Assembly (NCBI GenBank): GCA_965207225.1
Contig: CBDBLV010000004.1
Location: 480,001-544,000 of the forward strand
Source of the DNA: Dehalococcoidia bacterium
GTDB taxonomy: Bacteria; Chloroflexota; Dehalococcoidia; Plut-88900
Length of the DNA: 64,000 nt
Direction of reading: 5' to 3'
A model generated the notes under the pieces. The model had not been told where the DNA came from. It worked only from the letters and a program-made list of their open reading frames with translations, and did not search any database. The translations under genes and the position numbers were made by a program. Shown one piece after another: positions 57,607 through 64,000 of this stretch (the stretch's first letter is position 1; every line of letters begins with the position of its first letter).

Positions 57607-58241
57607 TCTCCCACCCCCGGCACCCACAGCCCCTTACGCCTGCGGTCCTGGTCTATACGCTCCATCACCTGCTGGAACACCTCGTAAGGTTGTGCCCCGG
57701 AAATCAGGTACCGGTCCATGATGAACGCCGGCACCCCTGATATCCCATACGTCCGGGCCTGCATAAGTTGTTGGTCTACCGCCGGCCTGAATCTCCCTCC
57801 TCCTCCCGAGTCCTCGTACTCCTCCCAGTCCATCCCGCACTCCTCGAACAGGTCCTGCAATACGTCATCGGTGCCTATGTTCCGCCCCTCCTCCCAGAAT
57901 GCCCTGAAAACCGCCTTGTGAAAGTCGTCAAATTTGTCCTTCTCTTTTGCGAACTCCGTCGCCTGGAAAGCGGGAATCGTGTACGGCGTGATCTCCTGCC
58001 TCCGCATTTTCGACAGGCCCGCCTCCTCGGCCGCATCCTTCATGTGACCCCGAAGATCCGACGTTTCACCTTCCTTGAACGGCCGGGGAGTGCCCTCGGG
58101 GGGTGTTCCGGGGACCAGCTCAAATGCCTTCCACTCGATGTCTACGTCGTACTCCTCTGCCAGTCTTTCGGTCCGTTCCAGGCCGATGTAGCACCACGGT
58201 CAAATGTAGTCCGAGAATACCTGTACTTTCACGGGTTCCAT
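57603..58241 (-). CDS. DsbA/FrnE-family oxidoreductase, selenoprotein (UxxC)
   Basis: MEPVKVQVFSDYI-TGA-PWCYIG continues in frame into GISGVPAF..GAQP; TGA at 58200-58202. Confidence 0.8.
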
Positions 58242-58324
58242 GTCAAATCACCTGCCTGTCGCTTGGCTTTTTAAGGACGCCAATCGAGTCTAGGTAGGGA
58301 GTCTGCACATGTCAATCGAGCCCC

Positions 58325-59290
58325 TTATAGCTTAGGCAATACCTCTTCCACCAATTTATGGGTATGCTCGTTCGGATCGTAGACTGGATTGAGCATCAGC
58401 ATGTCCAAGTCCTCCTCAACCACCCCGGACAGCTCTTCCGTCACCTGCTCTACCGTCCCGAACACCGCCACCCGGTCCGCCAGGTCGGCATCGTGGTAGT
58501 ATTCCCCGAACCACTGCCGCATCTTTAATCGAACGGACTCCCTATCCTCCCCAATCCCTAGAAATATCCTCTTCGATATCGGGTAAGTCCTCGGGTCCCG
58601 ACCCTCCTTCTCCAGCAAACCCCTCACGAACTTGATCTGTACCTTGAAGTCTGCAATCGTAGAGGCCCCCGCTCCCATCCATCCGTCCGCGTACTTGACT
58701 GCCCGCACGAGCGCCGCCTCAGCATGACCCCCTATCCAGATCGGAGCTCGGGGTTCCTGCAAGGGCTTCGGTGCCACTGTCGCATGGTTGAGCCGCAGGA
58801 ATCTTCCATTCAGGTCCACTGTTTCTTGTGTCCACAGCGCCTTGATGACCTCAATTTGCTCCTCGAACCTCGCCACCCGACCCTTGGGAGTCATCCCGAA
58901 CGCCGGATAAACGTGCGTGTCGCTCCCTATCCCTAGCCCCAGGATAAACCGACCCCCGCTTATGTGGTCCAGGCTTGCCCCCGACTTCGCCAGATGCACG
59001 GGGCTCCTGTAGGGCGTCACCACCACTGATATACCCAGCTTGACCCTTGTAGTGTGGCGAGCTGCGCAGGCCAGCAGCACGAACGGGTCCAGCGTTTGGA
59101 TTGTGCCTATAGCCTGGTCGTGGGTCCACACGCTGTCGAACCCCTGAGACTCCATCAGCTTCAGGTTCTCTTCGATTATCGAGATGTCGAACGGGCCATC
59201 GGGAAATGTCTGCGGAACGGCTATCCCCACCCTGGTCCGTTTGCCTATAACAATTCCGATTGTCTTGCTCCTCGCCTGGGCTGGGCCCAT
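58325..59290 (-). CDS. LLM class flavin/F420-dependent oxidoreductase
   Basis: GFDSVWTHD, LDHISGGRFILGLG, PIWIGG, ADGW; start uncertain. Confidence 0.85.
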   Translation of the reverse strand: MGPAQARSKTIGIVIGKRTRVGIAVPQTFPDGPFDISIIEENLKLMESQGFDSVWTHDQAIGTIQTLDPFVLLACAARHTTRVKLGISVVVTPYRSPVHLAKSGASLDHISGGRFILGLGIGSDTHVYPAFGMTPKGRVARFEEQIEVIKALWTQETVDLNGRFLRLNHATVAPKPLQEPRAPIWIGGHAEAALVRAVKYADGWMGAGASTIADFKVQIKFVRGLLEKEGRDPRTYPISKRIFLGIGEDRESVRLKMRQWFGEYYHDADLADRVAVFGTVEQVTEELSGVVEEDLDMLMLNPVYDPNEHTHKLVEEVLPKL

Positions 59291-59349
59291 TGTAGCAGTC
59301 GGGCTTCCGACTGTGGACTCACCTCCCACTTGGCGTTAACCTTATTATC

Positions 59350-60702
59350 ATGGCCGAGACCTCCGCAGAGAGCCACGATCCAAGCCTTCTATCGGGCCCG
59401 GGCACCCGGGCAATCGAAAAGAGACCCCGGATCTTTTATGGCTGGTACATGGTCGCTTGCGGGTGGGTCTCCCTCACCCTCGGTTATGGAGTCCTCTTCT
59501 CTGCTCCGCTCATCTTCTTCGAGTCCTGGTCCGATACCTTCGGCTGGGCCCGAGGCACCATCTCCAACGCCTTCTCCCTAACCCTTCTCGTAGTGGCACT
59601 GACTTCTCCAGTAGCAGGCAAGATAACCGACAAATACGGTGCCCAGCCCGTAATGTTCTTCGGCGGCGTCACCATGGGGCTGGGCATACTACTGCTCCGC
59701 TGGATCGCCGAGCCTTGGCACCTCTACGGCGCCCTCATGATCGCCGCCCTCGGTTTCGCTTTTGCCGTTGCCGTTCCCGTCAACGTCCTTATAGCCCGCT
59801 GGTTCGAACGCAGAAGGAGCCTCGCCATCGCCATCACGTACACCGGTATCGGTGCAGGAGGTCTGGTCGGCATCCCCATAGCCGCCGCATTCATCAATCT
59901 CTACGGCTGGCACCTTACCAGTACGATCTTGGCCATTTCCGTGTGGGCTCTACAGATCCCTCTTAGCATCTTCGTCGTCCGCCGGGATCCCCAATCCCTG
60001 GGCCTCCTCCCCGACGGAGGCCCGGAACCCGTAGCCCTGCCCGAAGACCGCCTCGCCCGCTCGTCCCCTCTCCCCGAATCCATACCGGGTGTCACCCTCA
60101 GCAAGGCTACCAAAACCCTCAGGTTCTGGGTTGTTGGAATACTCTTTTTCATAGCCCTCTGCAGCTCTTTTGGCACCTTTACCCAGACCCAGCCCTTTCT
60201 CGGCGATCTTGGCTATGCACCCGAAGTCGCTACTGCCCTTCTCAGCATCAACGGCGGGATCGTCATTTTCAGCAAATTCATGTACGCCTACCTCAGCGAC
60301 AAGGTGCCCATTAAAGCCATACTTGGCACAGCCACCATCGGCGCAATGATGGCCCCGACCTTCATGTTCAGCGTAGTCTTCCTGGAAGGCCCGACCTTTA
60401 TGGGGCTGCTCATACCCCTTATCCTCGCCAGTGCGGGAACGGCTTTCAGTGCAATTGTGCCCATCGTCGCCGCCTCGTCTTTTGGGATCAGGCACGTGGG
60501 CGCCATTTCAGGAGCGCTGGGGAGTTTTGCCCTTTTCGGCATGGCCGCCGGCCCGACCGTCATCGGCAACCTCTACCAGCTGAACGATAGCTATTCCCTG
60601 CCCTCCGGCCTTTTCATGAGTTGCATGTTCGCCGCTTTCCTGATGCTCATCCTGGGCCCCTCCCTCGGCGGAGGTAAGTTCTGGGTCAAGAAGTCATCAT
60701 GA
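59350..60702 (+). CDS. MFS transporter
   Basis: IFYGWYMV, GKITDKYG, WFERRR. Confidence 0.88.
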   Translation: MAETSAESHDPSLLSGPGTRAIEKRPRIFYGWYMVACGWVSLTLGYGVLFSAPLIFFESWSDTFGWARGTISNAFSLTLLVVALTSPVAGKITDKYGAQPVMFFGGVTMGLGILLLRWIAEPWHLYGALMIAALGFAFAVAVPVNVLIARWFERRRSLAIAITYTGIGAGGLVGIPIAAAFINLYGWHLTSTILAISVWALQIPLSIFVVRRDPQSLGLLPDGGPEPVALPEDRLARSSPLPESIPGVTLSKATKTLRFWVVGILFFIALCSSFGTFTQTQPFLGDLGYAPEVATALLSINGGIVIFSKFMYAYLSDKVPIKAILGTATIGAMMAPTFMFSVVFLEGPTFMGLLIPLILASAGTAFSAIVPIVAASSFGIRHVGAISGALGSFALFGMAAGPTVIGNLYQLNDSYSLPSGLFMSCMFAAFLMLILGPSLGGGKFWVKKSS

Positions 60703-61916
60703 CTCCCGACTACGATGTAGCAGTGATAGGTGGCGGCATCCTCGGACTATCCTCCGCCCGGGAACTCCTCCTCCGATTCCCCCACCTCTCTGTCCTAGTC
60801 ATCGAAAAGGAGCCCGACCTCGCCCGACACCAGACCGGCCACAACAGCGGTGTCATCCACTCCGGCATCTACTATCGGCCCGGCTCCCTCAAGGCCCGCA
60901 ACTGCGTGGAAGGCGCCCGGCTCCTCACCCATTACTGCAACGAACGCGGCATCTCCTACGAAAAATGCGGCAAGGTCATCGTCGCCGTCGACGAAACCGA
61001 GGTTCCCGCCCTCGAGGAACTCTATCGCCGCGGTGTGGCTAACGGCGTCCCAGACCTTCAACGCATCGGTCCTGGCGAATTGAAGCGCCTCGAACCCCAC
61101 GCCCGGGGCGTCGCCGCTCTCCACTCTCCCGACACCGGCATCATCGACTACAGGCAAGTCACCGAGGCCTATGCCACCGACTTCCGAGAGTCGGGCGGCC
61201 AAATATCTTTATCAATCTCTCTTAACGGCATTCGGGGCCTTTCCCATGGCATGGAATTGCAGACCTCCCGGGGCGCAATCCGTGCCCGACACCTCATCAA
61301 CTGCGCGGGGCTATACGCTGATGTCGTGGCCAACATGACCTCCCCCGACAATCAGGTCCGCATTATCCCCTTCCGCGGCGACTACTACACCCTCTCTCCC
61401 CACGCCGAGTCCATGGTGAACGGCCTCATCTACCCCGTCCCTGACCCCGCCTTCCCTTTCCTCGGCGTCCACTTCACCAGGACTGTTCACGGTTATACTG
61501 AAGCTGGGCCCAACGCCGTTCTCGCCTTCGCTCGGGAGGGCTACTCAATCGGAAAAGTGAACGTCGGAGAGTTTGCGCTGACAATTTCATATCCCGGCTT
61601 CTGGCGCCTCACTTTGCGCTACTGGCGCATGGGCTCCCAGGAGCTCTACCGGTCCCTCAGCAAACGTGCCTTCTTAAAAGCCGCCCAAAGGCTCCTGCCT
61701 GAAGTCCGCCTTAAAGACCTAGTCAACCGCGGCTCGGGCGTCAGGGCCCAGGCCGTAGACCGAAAGGGCCGGTTGCTGGATGACTTTGTCATAGCCAGGG
61801 GCAATAATGCAGTGCACGTCAGGAACGCCCCTTCGCCCGGGGCCACGGCATCCCTCGCTATTGGAAAGCACATCGTCGACATAGTCCAGGAGACCTTTGA
61901 CCTGACCGGAAGCTGA
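60699..61916 (+). CDS. lhgO: L-2-hydroxyglutarate oxidase
   Basis: HQTGHNSGVIHSGIYY, PFLGVHFTR, GVRAQA, NAPSPGAT. Confidence 0.85.
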   Translation: MTPDYDVAVIGGGILGLSSARELLLRFPHLSVLVIEKEPDLARHQTGHNSGVIHSGIYYRPGSLKARNCVEGARLLTHYCNERGISYEKCGKVIVAVDETEVPALEELYRRGVANGVPDLQRIGPGELKRLEPHARGVAALHSPDTGIIDYRQVTEAYATDFRESGGQISLSISLNGIRGLSHGMELQTSRGAIRARHLINCAGLYADVVANMTSPDNQVRIIPFRGDYYTLSPHAESMVNGLIYPVPDPAFPFLGVHFTRTVHGYTEAGPNAVLAFAREGYSIGKVNVGEFALTISYPGFWRLTLRYWRMGSQELYRSLSKRAFLKAAQRLLPEVRLKDLVNRGSGVRAQAVDRKGRLLDDFVIARGNNAVHVRNAPSPGATASLAIGKHIVDIVQETFDLTGS

Positions 61917-61985
61917 AATAGGCGACAAATCGCAGCTGCTCCCGTCCTCGGCTCGCAGAACTTCGACCAGGGAGACACAAGTAGC

Positions 61986-62636
61986 TTGACAACCCGGAAC
62001 AGCAACTCAGGGCCCCTCGTCCTGGTCATCGACTACGGAGCCAGCAATCTCCGAAGCGTCCAGAAGGCCTTCGCCAAGCTGGGCCACGACGCCCGCGTCT
62101 CTTCCAAACCCACTGACCTCGCCGCCGCCGATGCCCTCGTCCTCCCAGGCCAGGGCGCTGCTCCTCCTACAATGAAGGGCCTCAAAGACCGCGGTCTCCT
62201 CAACCCAATGCTCACCGAAATCGCTAGCGGCAAACCCTTCTTCGGGGTTTGCATGGGACTACAAGTCCTGTTTGACTTCTCCGCTGAGGGACAGCAGGGC
62301 TGCCTCGGCGTCTTCTCCGGCGAAGTTGAGCGCCTCCCCGACACCGTCAAGCAACCCCACATCGGCTGGAACCAGGTCGCCCTGTCCAGACCCAGCCCCC
62401 TCTTCAAAGGAATCGCCGACCGCTCTTATTTCTACTTCGTCCACAGCTACCACCCCGTGCCCCGGGACTCGGGACTCATCCTTGCCAGCACCGAATACGG
62501 ACGCATCTTTTGCTGTGCAGCCGCCAGGGACAACGTAGTCGCCACCCTCTTCCATCCCGAGAAGAGCGGTACACTTGGCCTCAAGATGTACGAAAACTTC
62601 ATGAATAGCTGGGTGTTTAAACAGCTATGGAAGTGA
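61986..62636 (+). CDS. hisH: Imidazole glycerol phosphate synthase glutaminase subunit
   Basis: IDYG, LPGQG, GVCMGLQ, PHIGWN, YFVHSY, FHPEKS. Confidence 0.93.
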   Translation: MTTRNSNSGPLVLVIDYGASNLRSVQKAFAKLGHDARVSSKPTDLAAADALVLPGQGAAPPTMKGLKDRGLLNPMLTEIASGKPFFGVCMGLQVLFDFSAEGQQGCLGVFSGEVERLPDTVKQPHIGWNQVALSRPSPLFKGIADRSYFYFVHSYHPVPRDSGLILASTEYGRIFCCAAARDNVVATLFHPEKSGTLGLKMYENFMNSWVFKQLWK

Positions 62637-63340
62637 TACCTGCTATAGATTTGAAGGACGGCCGCTGTGTCCGCCTCCTCCAGGGTGACTTTGACAAAGA
62701 GACCCTCTTCTCCACCGACCCCGCTGCCGTCGCCCGACGCTGGCAGGAAGCCGGCGCACCCAGAATCCACGTGGTCGACCTCCAAGGTGCGGCTTCCGGC
62801 AGACCCCGCAACACCGAGGCTGTGGCCAGCATTCTGGACAGTGTGGACATCCCAATCCAACTTGGCGGCGGCGTCCGCGACATGGTCACCCTGGAACTAT
62901 GGCTGTCCCGAGGCGTCCAGAGGGTGGTACTGGGCACCTCCGCCGTGGAAGATCCCGACTTCTTGATAGAGGCTTGCTCACGGTTCGGGGATTCGGTAAT
63001 CACCGGTATAGACGCGAGGAATGGCAAGGTGGCAGCCTCAGGCTGGACTAGAACCACGGATGTGGAAGCCATTTCCTTCGTTGAATGGGTTGGCGAGGTT
63101 GGTGCCCGACGCATCATCTACACCGACATCGCCACCGACGGTATGCTATCAGGCCCCAATTTGGGCTCCGTCCGTCAGGTAATGTCCCACACCCGACTCC
63201 CCGTCATCGCCTCCGGCGGCGTCACCACCATCGACCACCTCATTTCCCTAAGCGCTATGGGGGTAGAGGGAGCCATAATCGGACGGGCCCTCTATACCGG
63301 AGACCTCGACCTACGGGAAGCTATCAAGGCCGTCAGTTAG
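62627..63340 (+). CDS. hisA: ProFAR isomerase
   Basis: IPAIDL..CVRL, HVVDL, QLGGG, TDIATDG, IASGG. Confidence 0.93.
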   Translation: MEVIPAIDLKDGRCVRLLQGDFDKETLFSTDPAAVARRWQEAGAPRIHVVDLQGAASGRPRNTEAVASILDSVDIPIQLGGGVRDMVTLELWLSRGVQRVVLGTSAVEDPDFLIEACSRFGDSVITGIDARNGKVAASGWTRTTDVEAISFVEWVGEVGARRIIYTDIATDGMLSGPNLGSVRQVMSHTRLPVIASGGVTTIDHLISLSAMGVEGAIIGRALYTGDLDLREAIKAVS

Positions 63341-63354
63341 TTGGGAGTGCGTAG

Positions 63355-63639
63355 ATGCCTGCAGAACGAGCCAAATCAACCGTCCTTATCGACAACGACA
63401 GAGTGCGAGTCCTGGAGTGGCGTTTCTCTCCGGGCGCAGAAGTCGGCCACCACCGCCACGAACTGGACTACGTCGTCGTTCCCATCATGGATGGCAATAT
63501 CCGTGTGCTGACTACGGACGGCGAGTCCGTCAATCAACTAGCGGTCGGCCGGCCCTACTTCAGAAACGCCGGAGTTGAACACAACGTCATCAACGCCAAC
63601 CCGACCGAGTTCGCATTCGTAGAAGTGGAGATTAAGTAG
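63355..63639 (+). CDS. Cupin domain protein (BauB-like)
   Basis: DNDRVRV, HRHELDYVVVP, GVEHNV. Confidence 0.8.
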   Translation: MPAERAKSTVLIDNDRVRVLEWRFSPGAEVGHHRHELDYVVVPIMDGNIRVLTTDGESVNQLAVGRPYFRNAGVEHNVINANPTEFAFVEVEIK

Positions 63640-63653
63640 GCCCGAGTCTTTCC

Positions 63654-63965
63654 CTACCGCCACTCCTCATCCGAAGGGTAGATGTTCGTGCATAGCGTCC
63701 GGGTGTAGGGCTTTGCCAGCCAGTCCTTGGTCGTGTCCCGCCACTTGACGAAGTGCGGAGCTTCTCTGTGCGCCGCTATCGCCGCCTCGTCTTTGTACAC
63801 CTCGTACAGGTGGATTCGATTGGGGTCTTCGTTGTCCTGCAGAACGTCGAACCTCAGGCATCCGGGCTCCACGTCATTCGCCCCCTTGGCGTCCAACATC
63901 AGCTCTTCCATGAACCGCTCTTTGTACTCGGGTTGGATATCTATGGTGACCAGCAATGCGATCAT
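63654..63965 (-). CDS. Antibiotic biosynthesis monooxygenase / LsrG-like
   Basis: EPGCLRFDV, YEVY, AHREAPHF. Confidence 0.85.
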   Translation of the reverse strand: MIALLVTIDIQPEYKERFMEELMLDAKGANDVEPGCLRFDVLQDNEDPNRIHLYEVYKDEAAIAAHREAPHFVKWRDTTKDWLAKPYTRTLCTNIYPSDEEWR

Positions 63966-64000
63966 TATTTTCTCCCAGTTGGTTTTTGGCCATAAGTCGC

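Overview
A high-GC bacterial chromosome segment. The 16S rRNA gene and gene content point to Chloroflexota, probably Dehalococcoidia/SAR202-like (inference). About 60 CDS, mostly catabolic paralogues (luciferase-like monooxygenases, CocE/NonD hydrolases, Rieske oxygenase, amidohydrolases, MFS, two LhgO-like oxidases) plus housekeeping genes (pepN, moeA, trkA, pheA, hisH/hisA). It also holds a stand-alone 16S rRNA gene with a ~100-nt helix-6 expansion, a hicBA toxin-antitoxin pair, an IS481 inserted into a REP-like palindrome, and mosaic palindrome clusters. The top candidate for something new is a two-copy, promoter-driven, apparently non-coding ~600-650 nt element (28408-29032 and 48508-49197). 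It has a conserved structured scaffold and an unrelated, hairpin-rich variable domain bracketed by a 15-16 bp inverted repeat. Also notable: an SdhA homologue lacking catalytic residues in an SdhAB-HdrB-FadF-like cluster, a hidden UxxC selenoprotein (DsbA/FrnE), and an MFS gene that needs a non-canonical start. All calls come from reading the sequence by eye; no searches were run.
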